The notes: generated by a model not told the origin, from the sequence alone. 64,000 bases of DNA from Acidobacteriota bacterium (GCA_029263335.1 JAJCXS010000147.1:2682-66681), one strand, 5' to 3'. Shown: positions 38,058 through 49,600, counted from the stretch's first letter. Made by a program: numbers and translations.

Positions 38058-38774
38058 TCAGCGCCGCACTCCCGCTGCCAACAGAAAGAACGGTCGCATG
38101 ATCGACCACCAGTCCAATACCGGGCGGATCTTCGAGAGCCTACCTTTGCCGAGGTGACCGTACTCGATGGTCACGGATACTTCCACGATGCGCAGTTTCT
38201 GTCGGCAGACCCAGAAGTGGATGTAGTGCTCTAACTCGTACTGATTCAGCCACGATTGGTGCAGGTTGATCTGCGGCGACTCGAAGATGTCCAAGCGGTA
38301 AGCGCGGTACCCGCAGGTGATGTCGGTGTTGTCGTGAGCCGTGAGTCGGTTGGCGATCCATGTCGCGATGGGAATCGCGAAGCGGCGAAACCTCGGCAGG
38401 TCGCCGCCGGGGTCGGCTTTCAGGAAACGGCTGCCCTGCACGTAGTCCGCGTTGCCCTCGGTGATCGGTGCCGTGATGGCGGGCAGCTCTTCGGGGCGCA
38501 TCTTGCCGTTGGACGACATGATCACCACGAAGTCGTAGTCGTGTGCCACCGCGTGGTCGATCCCGGTGCGGATAGCGGCCCCGACGCCACGATTCGTTCC
38601 GTGTCGCAGTACGGCAACGCCCATTGCCTCTGCGAGCTCGGGTGACCCATCTGTCGAGCCGTCATCGACCAGGACGGCGTCGAGGCCACGTGCCGCGTGC
38701 GCGCGCAACCGCGTCAGGAACCGTTCGATCTCGAGAGCCTGGTCGTAATTGACGACAACAACGAGGCCCCGCAT
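38058..38774 (-). CDS. Family-2 glycosyltransferase (polyprenyl-phosphate sugar transferase-like)
   Basis: GT-A fold motifs: VVVVNYDQ, VLVDDGSTDGS, and the DxD-like DYDFVVIMSSNG. Confidence 0.8.
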   Translation of the reverse strand: MRGLVVVVNYDQALEIERFLTRLRAHAARGLDAVLVDDGSTDGSPELAEAMGVAVLRHGTNRGVGAAIRTGIDHAVAHDYDFVVIMSSNGKMRPEELPAITAPITEGNADYVQGSRFLKADPGGDLPRFRRFAIPIATWIANRLTAHDNTDITCGYRAYRLDIFESPQINLHQSWLNQYELEHYIHFWVCRQKLRIVEVSVTIEYGHLGKGRLSKIRPVLDWWSIMRPFFLLAAGVRR

Positions 38775-39397
38775 CAGGTATTCGCGCCCGATGCGGAATC
38801 GCCGGGGTGGTTCTCAGTGATGACGGCGCGTGCCAGAGCAACGACCTCCGGCTCGAGCTTCTCGTGACAGCAGTCGCGCAGCAGCTCAGCCGGGCGCGTG
38901 CCCAGAGGCATCTGGGTCTCGCCACAGCTGCACAGCATCTTGTTGGCCTTAACACCCGATCCGAAGCCGACCGCCAGGTGAAATGGCGGCACCGAATGCG
39001 TGAGGACGGTTCCTGCGCCCACCATCGCGAAGGCCCCCACGGTGACGCCGCAGGTGATGATCGCGCCGGCGCCGATGGCCGCGCCAGCGTGCACGAAAGT
39101 TGAAACGGGTTGCCACGAGCGGGTGCCCGCACGCGGGTAGCGATCGTTGGTGAACACAACGGCCGGGCCGATGAACGCCCAGGGCCCAATCTCCACACCC
39201 GCGTACACATTGACGCTGTTCTGGATACGACTGCCCTCACGAATCGTCACGCCAGGGTCGACGTACACATCGCGCCCGAGAGACACGCGATCACAGACTT
39301 TCGCCGTGGCGCGTACGTGGCAGTGATGCCAGATGGTGACGTCGCGTCCGATCTCCGCACCGTCTTCGATAATCGCGGTCGGGTGGATTCGTGTCAT
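38774..39397 (-). CDS. Left-handed beta-helix (hexapeptide-repeat) sugar N-acetyl/acyltransferase
   Basis: Consecutive hexapeptide repeats (IHPTAIIEDGAEIGRDVTIWHHCHVRATAKVCDRVSLGRDVYV…GAAIGAGAIITCGVTVGAFAMVGAGTVL). Start taken at the Met of MTRIHPTAII. The track ORF extends to 39517. Confidence 0.75.
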   Translation of the reverse strand: MTRIHPTAIIEDGAEIGRDVTIWHHCHVRATAKVCDRVSLGRDVYVDPGVTIREGSRIQNSVNVYAGVEIGPWAFIGPAVVFTNDRYPRAGTRSWQPVSTFVHAGAAIGAGAIITCGVTVGAFAMVGAGTVLTHSVPPFHLAVGFGSGVKANKMLCSCGETQMPLGTRPAELLRDCCHEKLEPEVVALARAVITENHPGDSASGANT

Positions 39398-39561
39398 CGG
39401 CACTCCGGGCGCGGAGGACAGATTTCGCAGCGTATCAGGCTCGCGGCCCGCGGGGGGGGGAGCTGCCTCGATAACGGTCGGCGTTATGCCAGCGGCGGCG
39501 CAAGACACTACGATCAAGAGACTACGATGAGGAATCGAGGGCCGCTGGCGAAACTGGAGAG

Positions 39562-40017
39562 GTGTCGCGCATGAGCGATCAACACGACAGCAAGAACGAC
39601 TTGTCGCATTTGACCGAAACGCAGCGCCGAGTCACTCAGGATAGCGGCACCGAACCGCCTTTCGACAACGAGTTCTGGGACAACCATGAACCGGGGATCT
39701 ATGTCGACATCGTGAGCGGGGAGCCGCTGTTCGCGTCGACGCACAAGTACGATTCCGGCTGTGGCTGGCCGAGCTTCACCGCCGCGCTGACCGCGGACCA
39801 TGTCAACGAGCTTACGGATGATAGTCACGGCATGGTGCGCACCGAGGTGCGTTCGACGACGGCCGACTCGCACCTCGGTCACGTGTTCGAAGATGGGCCC
39901 GGGCCGACGGGGCTACGCTACTGCATTAACTCGGCCGCTCTCCGGTTCGTTCCGCTGGATGATCTCGAGAGCGAGGGCTTCGGCGAGTACCTGCACCTCT
40001 TCAAGTCAAAGAGCTAG
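39562..40017 (+). CDS. msrB: Peptide-methionine (R)-S-oxide reductase MsrB
   Basis: MsrB signature GCGWPSF, catalytic RYCINSAAL, and HLGHVF. Confidence 0.9.
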   Translation: MSRMSDQHDSKNDLSHLTETQRRVTQDSGTEPPFDNEFWDNHEPGIYVDIVSGEPLFASTHKYDSGCGWPSFTAALTADHVNELTDDSHGMVRTEVRSTTADSHLGHVFEDGPGPTGLRYCINSAALRFVPLDDLESEGFGEYLHLFKSKS

Positions 40018-42953
40018 CCGCTGTTCTTGAGCGCCTCGTGTGGCGCGATGCGAAGCGCGCGCAGCGTCGGCGCGAGGCATGCGGGAATCCCGACCAGCAC
40101 TACGACGCCAATGGCCGTGAACAAGGTCAGTAGCACCGGGGACTGGGCGGCCGGGCCACCTTCGTCGGGTGCTGAGTTCGCGAGAAGGAGGGCCAGGGGC
40201 AGGCCCAGCGCGATTCCGACCGCGAACTGGCCCATCGCGCGTTTCGCCACGGTGAAGGCGATGTCGCGTCGCTGCGCCCCGATCGCCGAGCGGAGTGCGA
40301 GTTCCGCGCTCCGCTCGGTTACCGAGAATGACAGGATTGCGTAGACACCCGAGGCCGCGAGCACCAGCAGCACGGCCACGAGAACGCCGCTGCCGAGACT
40401 CACAGCCTGCATCACGTACCAGTCTCCCTCGACCACCTGATCGAGTGCCATCGGCGTGGCGATGACTGCCAGGGGGTCCACCTCGTGCAGGATCGCACGC
40501 AGTCGCGGCGCGAACGCAAGGGGATCGTCGCCCACGTGAATCGCCAGTCGTACCGGGTTGGCGTCTCCGGGCGCGAGCGGGTGATAGATGCCCTCGCCCG
40601 AGAACGGCCTTACGAGCGTCATGCCGAGATTGTCGACCAGGCCGACGACCTCGTGCCACGGACCGGGCTTGCCATCGGGGCCCTGCCGATGACGAAGGCG
40701 TCGCCCGATGGGGTTGATTCCACCCAGTACGTTTTCCACGAACGGCGTGTTGACGATTACGACGTGGCTGTTGTCGCCAAGATCGCCGGCCTGGAAGCCG
40801 CGACCCGCCAGGACGGGCTGCTCCAGCGCTTCGAAGAAACCGATGTCGACGTTCGCTGAGCGGACTCTGTACGCCACCGGTTCTCCCTCGGTAGCGTCGC
40901 CTTCGATCTCGATCCAGCGGGCGGCGTGGTCCATGCGCGGTAGCGCCGTGGCGACGCCGACGCCGCGAATGCCGCCCTCGGCGTTCAGACGATCAACCAG
41001 GGCGATCTGGGTAGCGCCCATGCGGGCCGCCAGGGCACCGGAGTCGGATGACCCTGCTCCCGTGGCCGCCTCGATTCCAGGGATCGCAAGCTGCGCCGAC
41101 AGATACTGGTCGACCGGAATTCCGGCGACGTCGTCGGTGCCCGCGATGTTCTTCACCACGTCGGCCATGGTGAGGGCGAAGCCCACGATCGCCACCGCCA
41201 GCGCCACGTCGGCAACGATCAGGACACCGGAAACGCCACCATATCGGGTGCCGGTTCGTTGCGAGCGAGAGCGTTCGATGTTCGCGCGAATGCCCTGCCC
41301 GGTGAGCTTGAGGGCGGGCACAACGCCGACCCCAGCGGCGCTGAAGACGGCCAAGGCAAACGCCCACGACGCCGTCCACGGCGTGACGCTCAGGTCCACC
41401 CAGTAGGGAAGCTGCCCGTCCGCGAGTCGATGCATGAGGGGGCTCAGAGCCTGGTCGATCAGTAGCAGGCCAAACCCGGCGGCCAGAACAGCAAGTACCA
41501 GCGACTCAACGAACATCTGCCCGACGATGCGACTCCGCGCTGCGCCCAAAGCGGTTCGTATCGCCAGCTCGGTGGCGCGGTTCGAGTTGCGCGCGAACAT
41601 GAGCATGCCGACGTTCGCGCACGCAACGCTGAGAAGAACCAGGGTCAGGAGCTGGGCAACGTAGAAGTCGGGCTGACCGCGCATGCCGCTCTTCGCCAAA
41701 CCGAAGGCCAGCAACGCGAAGGGCGTCACCTCGGCGCGGAGCCGCGCGTGCGCCTCCGGAAACTGCGTTGCCATGGGTCCGTCGATGGCCAGCAGCTCCG
41801 CCTCGGCAGTGGTCGCATCCGTACCCGCGGCCAGGCGCCCGAAGATGTTGAGCGCGCGGCCGTGCCGGGGCTCTTGCGCCGGGTTCTCCCGCAGCGGTAG
41901 CCATAGCTGATGTTGCACGGGAAACCGGAAGCTGTCCGGCATGACGCCGACGATGCGATGCGCGCGATCACCGATCTGCAGTGTCCGCTGTAAGACGTCA
42001 GGGTCTCCTGCGAGTCGCGACTGCCAGAAGGTGTGGCCGATGACGACTACCGCAGGTGCATCGACGTCTTCGTCGGCCGGTTGCAGGGTCCTGCCGAGCA
42101 GGGGACGCGTACGCAGGATCTCGAACGCCGACGCCGTGGCTTCAGCGCCCGACGACGGGGCTACACGCTCGCCTTCCACCAGCACGTTGAAGGCTCCCGT
42201 CCGGAACGCGCCGAGCGTTTGGAACGAGGTCATCGCGCCGCGCCAACGGTCGTAGTCGTACATCGTCGTGCGATCGGTGCCGCTGGTCGCGGTATTCCAG
42301 TACCGAAGCAGCCGAATCTGGTCGCCGTCCTCGACAGGGAGCGGAGCCTCGAGGGCGTTGAACACGTGGAATGGGGCCAGCCCGGTCGGAATTCCGAGCG
42401 TGAGCGTTGCCGCCGCGACCAGCGAGAGTGACGGGTGTTTTACCAGCATCCGCACACCCGTCTTGACGTCCAAACGAGATATCGGCAGGTAGACCCGGAG
42501 TCCGCGTGCGCGCCACATCGCCATCGCCGACCCGACGACGTTGGTCGCGTAGCGCCAGTGCGCCCGCCGCGTCGGTATGCCGCTATCGAGGTCGTGTTGC
42601 AGCGCGTCGTCCAGATCGCGCAGCACGAAGGGAGCCTCGTGGCCTCGGATGCTGAGCATCGCCAGACGGCGCAGCACGGCCCGCACGGAGAAGCGTGGCG
42701 CCGTCATCGTTCTTGCGCCAGCTTGTCGAGCTGGGCGAGCAGTCCGCCCGCCATCGCCTGGATGGTCGAGTAGGTTTCCTGCAGCGCGCGCGCGCCAGTC
42801 GGCTCCAGCCGATAGTACTTGCGTGGCCGTCCCACCTGGCCGGCCGTTGTTGCGCCGACGCGGGCATTCACCATGCCGCGGTCCGCGAGTCTCCCGAGAG
42901 CCGTGTAGATCGCCCCGGAAGATGCCGTGCGCCCCGTGCGCTCCTCGATACAC
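40014..42953 (-). CDS. ADOP-family FtsX-like duplicated ABC permease with prefix domain
   Basis: 979-aa track ORF. It has a prefix-like N-terminus and two FtsX modules. The start is uncertain. MTAPRFSV, about 85 codons in, is plausible. Confidence 0.8.
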   Translation of the reverse strand: MYRGAHGAHGIFRGDLHGSRETRGPRHGECPRRRNNGRPGGTATQVLSAGADWRARAAGNLLDHPGDGGRTARPARQAGARTMTAPRFSVRAVLRRLAMLSIRGHEAPFVLRDLDDALQHDLDSGIPTRRAHWRYATNVVGSAMAMWRARGLRVYLPISRLDVKTGVRMLVKHPSLSLVAAATLTLGIPTGLAPFHVFNALEAPLPVEDGDQIRLLRYWNTATSGTDRTTMYDYDRWRGAMTSFQTLGAFRTGAFNVLVEGERVAPSSGAEATASAFEILRTRPLLGRTLQPADEDVDAPAVVVIGHTFWQSRLAGDPDVLQRTLQIGDRAHRIVGVMPDSFRFPVQHQLWLPLRENPAQEPRHGRALNIFGRLAAGTDATTAEAELLAIDGPMATQFPEAHARLRAEVTPFALLAFGLAKSGMRGQPDFYVAQLLTLVLLSVACANVGMLMFARNSNRATELAIRTALGAARSRIVGQMFVESLVLAVLAAGFGLLLIDQALSPLMHRLADGQLPYWVDLSVTPWTASWAFALAVFSAAGVGVVPALKLTGQGIRANIERSRSQRTGTRYGGVSGVLIVADVALAVAIVGFALTMADVVKNIAGTDDVAGIPVDQYLSAQLAIPGIEAATGAGSSDSGALAARMGATQIALVDRLNAEGGIRGVGVATALPRMDHAARWIEIEGDATEGEPVAYRVRSANVDIGFFEALEQPVLAGRGFQAGDLGDNSHVVIVNTPFVENVLGGINPIGRRLRHRQGPDGKPGPWHEVVGLVDNLGMTLVRPFSGEGIYHPLAPGDANPVRLAIHVGDDPLAFAPRLRAILHEVDPLAVIATPMALDQVVEGDWYVMQAVSLGSGVLVAVLLVLAASGVYAILSFSVTERSAELALRSAIGAQRRDIAFTVAKRAMGQFAVGIALGLPLALLLANSAPDEGGPAAQSPVLLTLFTAIGVVVLVGIPACLAPTLRALRIAPHEALKNSG

Positions 42954-43048
42954 TGCCGGATCGCACCGCCGTACGCGTTGTCACCGAGCTCCACGACGGC
43001 GAAGAGAATCAACTGTTCGAACTCACCTAGATAGCTCAATGCCGGCAT
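42704..43048 (-). CDS. PadR-family transcriptional regulator
   Basis: [54 protein letters not shown]. Overlaps the start region of the downstream permease. Confidence 0.85.
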   Translation of the reverse strand: MPALSYLGEFEQLILFAVVELGDNAYGGAIRQCIEERTGRTASSGAIYTALGRLADRGMVNARVGATTAGQVGRPRKYYRLEPTGARALQETYSTIQAMAGGLLAQLDKLAQER

Positions 43049-43086
43049 CCTGAATCGGGGAACGCGGTGCGTTGTCCGTCGCGCTC

Positions 43087-43120
43087 AGTAGATTTTACTA
43101 CGGTGTAGTTAAAGTAATAC
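43087..43120. promoter_or_regulatory. Candidate PadR operator: two copies of the palindrome ACTACnnnGTAGT in an AT-rich patch upstream of the PadR gene
   Basis: ACTACGGTGTAGT (43087-43099) and ACTACACTGTAG (43109-43120), separated by TAAAGTAAT. These are the only AT-rich palindromes in the padR 5' region. Confidence 0.35.
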
Positions 43121-43267
43121 TACACTGTAGCTAAATGCGCCAGCGACGATCCATCGGAAGCCCATTGGGCGAGTAGACACCAGGCGGGACGGTGTTCGAC
43201 GACGTGAACGCGTCGAGCCTCACCGGATGGATCCCGCACCGACCCTGACGCGGGCTACTATGGCGGC

Positions 43268-43453
43268 ATGATGAAACGTGGAACCGGCACCGGCATGGGC
43301 ATCGCACTCGGAGTGGCGCTTGGAGCGGCGTTCGGCGACGTGGGCCTCGGTCTTGCTCTCGGCCTCGCCATCGGCGCGGCCTTGGATGGCGCGAATCATG
43401 TCGCTGCCGGCAAGACCGACGGCGGCGAAGCAGACAACGACGGCGCCCGCTGA
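43268..43453 (+). CDS. Small Gly-zipper membrane protein (hypothetical)
   Basis: 61 aa, GxxxG-rich (GIALGVALGAAFGDVGLGLALGLAIGAALDG). Short, so low confidence. Confidence 0.3.
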   Translation: MMKRGTGTGMGIALGVALGAAFGDVGLGLALGLAIGAALDGANHVAAGKTDGGEADNDGAR

Positions 43454-43534
43454 CGCACCGACCGTTCGCTACACGCACGAAACCCCCGCAAGCAGCCGTT
43501 CCTGAGCTGCCAGCGAGGGTTCGATCTCCCGCGA

Positions 43535-43552
43535 ACGGGAAGGTAGCCCTAA
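43535..43552. repeat. attL-like direct repeat: copy of the tRNA-Glu 3' end
   Basis: GGAAGGTAGCCCTAA (with flanking CGG) at 43538-43552 is repeated at 52472-52486. The right-hand copy is the 3' end of the tRNA-Glu gene. Confidence 0.5.
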
Positions 43553-43916
43553 TGTCTCCGAGTTGGAACAACCTGGCGGCATGGCTCCTAGCGGTCGAGG
43601 AACTCCAGCCGGCGGCATCTGCATGCTGAGAGAGCCCCGAAGTCAGTCGGATGCCTTTCCCTACATGTTCCCTACCGGGATATGAACCATGTATGGCAAG
43701 CAAGTGCGGGAGCCCCTGCAAGAGCCGCGTAACCGCTGTGTAGCCACTAAGTGCGGCAGTCCTCTGCCAGACCGCTCGAATGAGCGGGATAGCGAGCGCC
43801 TGCTGCGCGGTGAGACCATCGCCGGTGATGAATTCATGGCCAACTAGGTGGCGGAGAGCTTCAGCGGCGGTCGCCCCCGGCGAAGCCCAGAGCGATTCGT
43901 CAGCTGTTGGCTCATG

Positions 43917-44660
43917 TTATGCGGACTCGCTCGGCGCGCCTCCGAAGAGATGCTCGATCAAGCCCGCAGCGAACGGGAGCGCTCGTAGGAGTTGGTGAGT
44001 GTCCACTAGCTTCTTCGCGTGCGCGTGAAGGGCAGGCTCATCGCCAACAGGTATGTTCCGCACAGTGGATTCCCCGGTGCGTGTGTCGATGACGCGCACC
44101 TTGCCGGCAGTGGTCTGAGCCGTGATCTTCTTGATGTTGTAGTGGCTGTACGGATTGCGCACCTCATCCTTGAACCGCAGGAGTTCCTCGCGGAGGTGCT
44201 CCGAGATGATCCCGGCCTTGCGAGCACGAAGCACGGCAGGGTGGAACGTCATGCTCTCAAACTCGTCCCATTTCTCGGCGTCGTAAGCCCACTTTCCGAG
44301 TTCGGCCTTGTAGGTAGCCTGTTTCAATGCGAATTCAACGAGGATACCGAGCAGAGTCACCGCGGCGCCGTGCAAGCCGAAAATCGCACACTCGATGATC
44401 TCGTTCCAAAGAAAGCCCAGGTTTGGCTGGATGTGTTGAGGGATCTCAGGGAGATGCGGGATCAACACGGAGGCCGCCCTCCGACGGGTCTTGAATAGCC
44501 GGTCGAGGGTCTCTTCGGGCGGCAGCTCGGTCGGAGGATCGAACTCGACACCGGCATCCTTCAGATCGTCCAGCGCGCCGGGGCCAGCAACGATTACATC
44601 AGACCCCTTGGCCATCTTCTCGATCACGTCGGCTAGATTCGGCGGCTCCTTGTCCGTCAT
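43917..44660 (-). CDS. Hypothetical protein (island cargo, third gene of the minus-strand cassette)
   Basis: 247-aa ORF with no recognisable motifs. Lower GC than its surroundings. Confidence 0.5.
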   Translation of the reverse strand: MTDKEPPNLADVIEKMAKGSDVIVAGPGALDDLKDAGVEFDPPTELPPEETLDRLFKTRRRAASVLIPHLPEIPQHIQPNLGFLWNEIIECAIFGLHGAAVTLLGILVEFALKQATYKAELGKWAYDAEKWDEFESMTFHPAVLRARKAGIISEHLREELLRFKDEVRNPYSHYNIKKITAQTTAGKVRVIDTRTGESTVRNIPVGDEPALHAHAKKLVDTHQLLRALPFAAGLIEHLFGGAPSESA

Positions 44661-44870
44661 GCCCCCTCCTTTTCCGCATCATGGCTCAGAGCCTCAGCTG
44701 CAGCGCGGCGGCTCCCTCTAGTAGGAACTGCGAAGGCTCTGGATTTCCGAATTGTTCGGAGTGTTTAGCGCCGCCGGCTTCGGGCTCATGTTGTCCATCC
44801 GGCGCTGTTGCGATGAAGCCGCTACCGGAGACGAAGGATCGGACTCTCGAATGAGCCGGCCGCGCTGGTT

Positions 44871-46571
44871 TCAGAAGTTCAGTCCCAAGAGCCCCAGCAT
44901 CCATTCGAGGACCGAGCCATCAAGAGGTACCAAGCCGAGCGTCAGCACTACGAGGGCGACGGTCAGACCTACGAGGATCAGTGTGAGCCGCCCCACCTTC
45001 CCTTGCAGGTGCACATTCTCAATCGTGCCGCGGACCGTCCCGTGCTGCAGGAGGAGATCTCGCAACAGTCGCTCCAACTGCGTTAGGCGGACGCTTCGCC
45101 GGAACACGCTCGTACGCAGCGCTTCGGCGAGTGTCGTGTCCGCCGAATAGAGTTCCGACACCACCGGCTCGAATCGGCCAACCTCGGACTCGAAAGTTCC
45201 ATCGTCCGCAGCGATCTGCTCGAGGTCCGCAACAGTCGTCGCAACGTCCAAGCAAACCGACAAGTCTCCGTAGAGACCGGGCAGAGACCTGTGGGCCATC
45301 TCCTCGGCGCTACTCGGGAGACGAGCATCCCGAAGCACTTGGAGTCGCTCCTCGTACGTTGTAATCAGGGCGAGGGTCGCCCAGCGGCTGAGTAGGCCGG
45401 TCAGGTGCCCGTTCGTGGAGCTCGTGAGAGCGTGCTGAAGGTTGCCGCTGTAGTTCCGGAGATCCCCCTCGGACAAGTTGTCTTCGTGCAGCGTGGCCGC
45501 TGCGTGGAACCGCGAGCCCTCGTATCCCAGCAACGGCCAGGCGAACCGCAGGCCAGGATACGATTTGCTCGCCCAAGCATCCGAGTCAGCCTGCATGTTG
45601 AGCAACATGAGCCAGTCGGGGGTTGGACGTGCGTCGACGAACGGCTCGGTCCCAGTAAACGTCACGAGTTCGCACGTCGGCAGCGCGTCGCCGTCTGTTC
45701 CTTCCGTGAAGACACCGGGAAGATGCTCTCGGAACCAGTACGCGGCGCGCTTACGCCACTCATCGCGGTGTTTCCAGATCTCAGCGCTCTTCTGATTCCC
45801 CGAACTGAGTAGTCGGAGGTGTTTGGAGTCAGGAGGGGCCGCTTGGTGTCGCCGGTCCCGCCGCAGTATCTGCTCGTAGCGGCCGGTTGCCTGCTCGTTT
45901 AGGACGAACCCGACGACGATCGCAGTTACCGATGCGGAGAGGCCATACATCGTTGCCATCGCGTGATCCACGTCTCTGGGAAGTGGGACATTGCGCGTCC
46001 CCCACCACGACGTAGCCCCTGGTTCCCGGAGGGGCCCGAGGTTGTACCAGCCGCCACCAAACGGGGCCCCGCGTAGACTCTTGAGATGGGATGTGGGCGT
46101 GCTTCCGGCTATCCCGGGATCCTCGGTCGTCCAACCGAGATCTTCGAAGCTCTGAGCCAACCTCGCCGCATGCGGCGGCGCGTAGAGCTCCACGGCCCAG
46201 ACGCAACGCAGGTGGATGGAGTCATCCTCGCCCGGCGTGGTTCTGCGGTTGTCTTCTTCGTCAAACTCTCGAGTCTCACGCAGCAGCTCGCGCATATCCG
46301 GGTGCCGGACGAGGCGCGGCAGGTAGTGGTGGAGCGTCTCGTGGCATTGCCGCCGAGTCCGGGTAGCGATCGAAGCGAACCGTGTTCCGGCCTTCCGTGT
46401 CCCTCTCCATATCGTCTCCCAGAGGCGTGTGACCAGCGCAGCGGCCCGTGAGTAGGCGCGTCCAACTCCACTCCGAATCAACTTCCAAGTGCGTGTGGCT
46501 CGCGCAGCAAGCCACGCCTTGGCCTGTCGAACACCGCTCCACATCGAGTCCCGGATGCTACGCAGGCTCAT
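44871..46571 (-). CDS. Hypothetical protein with C-terminal transmembrane anchor (island cargo)
   Basis: 566-aa ORF. Single C-terminal TM helix (RLTLILVGLTVALVVLTLGLV). Otherwise no recognisable domain. Confidence 0.5.
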   Translation of the reverse strand: MSLRSIRDSMWSGVRQAKAWLAARATRTWKLIRSGVGRAYSRAAALVTRLWETIWRGTRKAGTRFASIATRTRRQCHETLHHYLPRLVRHPDMRELLRETREFDEEDNRRTTPGEDDSIHLRCVWAVELYAPPHAARLAQSFEDLGWTTEDPGIAGSTPTSHLKSLRGAPFGGGWYNLGPLREPGATSWWGTRNVPLPRDVDHAMATMYGLSASVTAIVVGFVLNEQATGRYEQILRRDRRHQAAPPDSKHLRLLSSGNQKSAEIWKHRDEWRKRAAYWFREHLPGVFTEGTDGDALPTCELVTFTGTEPFVDARPTPDWLMLLNMQADSDAWASKSYPGLRFAWPLLGYEGSRFHAAATLHEDNLSEGDLRNYSGNLQHALTSSTNGHLTGLLSRWATLALITTYEERLQVLRDARLPSSAEEMAHRSLPGLYGDLSVCLDVATTVADLEQIAADDGTFESEVGRFEPVVSELYSADTTLAEALRTSVFRRSVRLTQLERLLRDLLLQHGTVRGTIENVHLQGKVGRLTLILVGLTVALVVLTLGLVPLDGSVLEWMLGLLGLNF

Positions 46572-46694
46572 GGTTCCAGGAGTGACTGAGTGAGCCGGTC
46601 GGCGAGACTGCCGCGTGACAAGAGCGCCACGTGCCCTCCGAATGTTTGAGTGCTAGCAACCGCGCAGAGGATCTGCAACGTTTGTGGTCGGGCC

Positions 46695-49600
46695 TCATGC
46701 CCCTTGCTCGGTGCCAGATAGTGCCTCGAGGAACTGGCGCAGCGTGATGATGCGCTCCGTCGGGAATGGGAGCTCGGCAGCGAACTGGAAGGGAACGGGC
46801 CTGTTAGTGACTAGGTAGCCGGTCACCTCGACACTCCGAACATCCCGGTGAGGTAGATGGTTGACCCAGTCAGCATGAGCTTCCAGCCATTCCAGTCGTC
46901 GAACGTGTCGCCCGAGACGATCCGTCGCGTCGCCGGCGAAGTCCACCAGCCGATCTACAATACCGCTCAGGCCGTAGCTCGGCTGCAGCCGCTTGCACTC
47001 CACGGCCAGCACCGTGCTGCTCCCGGCTCGCCAAGCCAGGACGTCGATGTCGCCGAGTTCGTCCGGTGCCCCAAGCCGCGCCATAGGCACCTCCGTCTCG
47101 GTGGACCACCCCAACTGTCGCAGTGCATCGGACACCGAGATCGTGAACTCTCGTCCGCGTTCGTCGACTCGGCGCCCGACCAATCTGCCCATCTGCGGGC
47201 TCTCGAAGTACTCCGGACGCAGAGCGCCGGTCTCTATCCCATGGGTGATGTAGCTGAATGAAGACGCTAGTGAACTGACGCCGTACACGACGGTTGAATC
47301 AGCATCTCCCAATTGCACCAGTGGTCGCGAGACCACCGACAGCTTGCGGCCGTACTTCCATGGGTACCAGTCGCGGCTCGAGTATCCCTCGGGGGCTTGG
47401 TCCCAGCGGTTGCGGGGCCAGAGGGAGAGGCGGTCAAGTAGACGCCTAGCTCGCTCCTCGGGCAGGCCGCTGCTGATGGCGATCTGCGCGAACTCCTCGC
47501 TATGGGACTCGACTACCGCCTGCTCCGCATCGATCGCCTTGTCAATCAGTGAGGCCACGAACCCGCCTAGTTCCTGAGGCGTGGCTCCATACTCCGCTTC
47601 GAAGGCGGCGGTGGTTCCTGGCTCGTCCAGCCAGAGTGGTCCGCCTCCAGTTCCCCCCGTCACTTCGAAGTGGTGTTCGTACTCGTGATCGGTCTCGTGG
47701 AGGAGATGCTCCTGCGTCGATCTGGTGTAGTGAGTCGCCAGATCCCCGAGGGAGTCTCCGTCTATGTGCACCTCGCCGTTCGCGCAGATCACGGCTCGCT
47801 CGATCAATCCGCGGTGCGCGGCGTCTGCGTAACCCCCGAAGCGGCAAAGCGTTCGGCATCCCGCGAGCAGGTCGTCGTATTCGGATTGCTCAGGGGATGG
47901 ATGTCCGTCAAGGGGCGCCTCACAGACCGCGATCTCCGCGATGACTTTAGCCGCCTGCGATATGAGACCGCGTTCCGCCTCTTCACGGGCCGCAACGTCC
48001 GTCGCTTCGTTCCCGTAGAGTGCCCCGAGCGCTCTCGCGGTCCTTCGGAAGTGTGCTCTTTGCTGGGCGATTTCTTCCATCACGTGCAAGGAACGGGTCA
48101 CAAGTGCGTGGCGACCAAACTGCCCGATCTTGGTCCGCAATCGATCCGCGACGTCGGCGGCGCATACTTTCAGCACGTCGCGGCAGCGTTCACTGGTAGC
48201 CAACGTCTCTGCCGGCTGCCCGCCCGCCAGGGCCATTAGCCAGGGAGCATCATCAAGCCCGTGCAGACGTGACTTTGTGCCGGGCATGTGCGGCCGAAGC
48301 AGGTCGAGCGGGCTCGGCCTGTCGAAGAGGTGGATGTGCCGGATGTCCTGGTTGGGCATGAGGCTGTGCTCCAGTCTCCACCGCTCCGCCTCGCGCTCAT
48401 CGGCGCTAAGGTCTGGCGCTACCAGGCGCAGAATCGACTCTGCCAGCATCCGGAACAGTTCACGATCACCGTGGTTCGCAGGTTGGGTGAAGTAGTGGCG
48501 GTAGCCCGGGTAGATCCGTACGAGCACGGTGTTTTCGCGGCAAGTGGCCTCCATCGCGACATCACCGACATCTTCGTCGGGCTCTCCAGCGTCCTCCCAG
48601 GCTTCCGGCTCCTGAATATCGATGAGGAGCCGAGGCGCCGGCGTGCGCGGCCAGTTCGTGGCGAGGATCCTGACGATTGCTGCGGTCCACTTTAGAGCCG
48701 CCTCCCAGAGCAGGTACGCGACTTCGCTGGGGCCGTTGTTGCCCGCTTGTGCGCATACCCAAACGAGAGACTGGTCGGCCTCGATGACGCCGGCCAGGGT
48801 GCCGCTCCTCGCGGAATCCGCAGACGCGTATACGGGCTGGCCGGTAAGTGAATCGAACAGCGCATCCGCGTCCAAGCGAGATACCACTGTGGCCGGTTCG
48901 CCGGGTGTGTGGGGCGCGCCATGCTCATCGTGAAGGCTCTGCGTCCGGCAGCGTTGTTCGTGAAGTCGCATGCCCTCGACAAGAAACAGGCCGCGAACTG
49001 TGGGGAGGGGAAGGTCGCACGGGATCGGCCGTCCGTCATTGAGCATGAATTCCGCAACCACGGCCTCAAAACCGTAGGCGGTTTGTACGCGAAGTCCCGC
49101 AGCTTCTAGTCTTTCTAGGTGTCGCTGGAGCTTCCAGATCCACAGGAAAGTGCACTCTCGGACCAGCGCCATTAGGCTGAACTCGTAGAGGCCTAAGACG
49201 ATGACGTCTTCACCGGCCGCGGAGGCAAGCTCGGCTTCGATGTCGCCGCCACACCCGCAAAGTAAGAGGAGCGTGAGGGCGTCTTCCTCGGCCTCTCCAA
49301 GGATCTCCGCAAACCGACGCTGCTCGGTGTCGGTCCTCGTTATCCGAACATCTAGGTGTCGCCCGCCAGCGTCACCTGGCTCCGGGGTCAAATGAAGCAC
49401 CGTCGCCTGTTTCTGCTCATCGAACTGGACTCGGAGCCTACTCAGGCCCGGCACACCGGTAATGGACGGATCCTCTAGAAGAGTCGTGGCACCTCCGAAT
49501 CGAGGCATACAGTCACTAGCGACCTTCCGGTGCGCGGACGCCATCGCCTGGCAAAGCTCCCCGCCCCGGTTCACCCGCTCGAAAGAACGATAGATGTGTC

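Noticed and set aside
43515-43552. tRNA-like T-arm-looking sequence (GGGTTCGATCTCCC) next to the left repeat
   Set aside because: The stem halves are not complementary and no cloverleaf can be folded. Only the 15-17-nt 3'-end duplicate is real.
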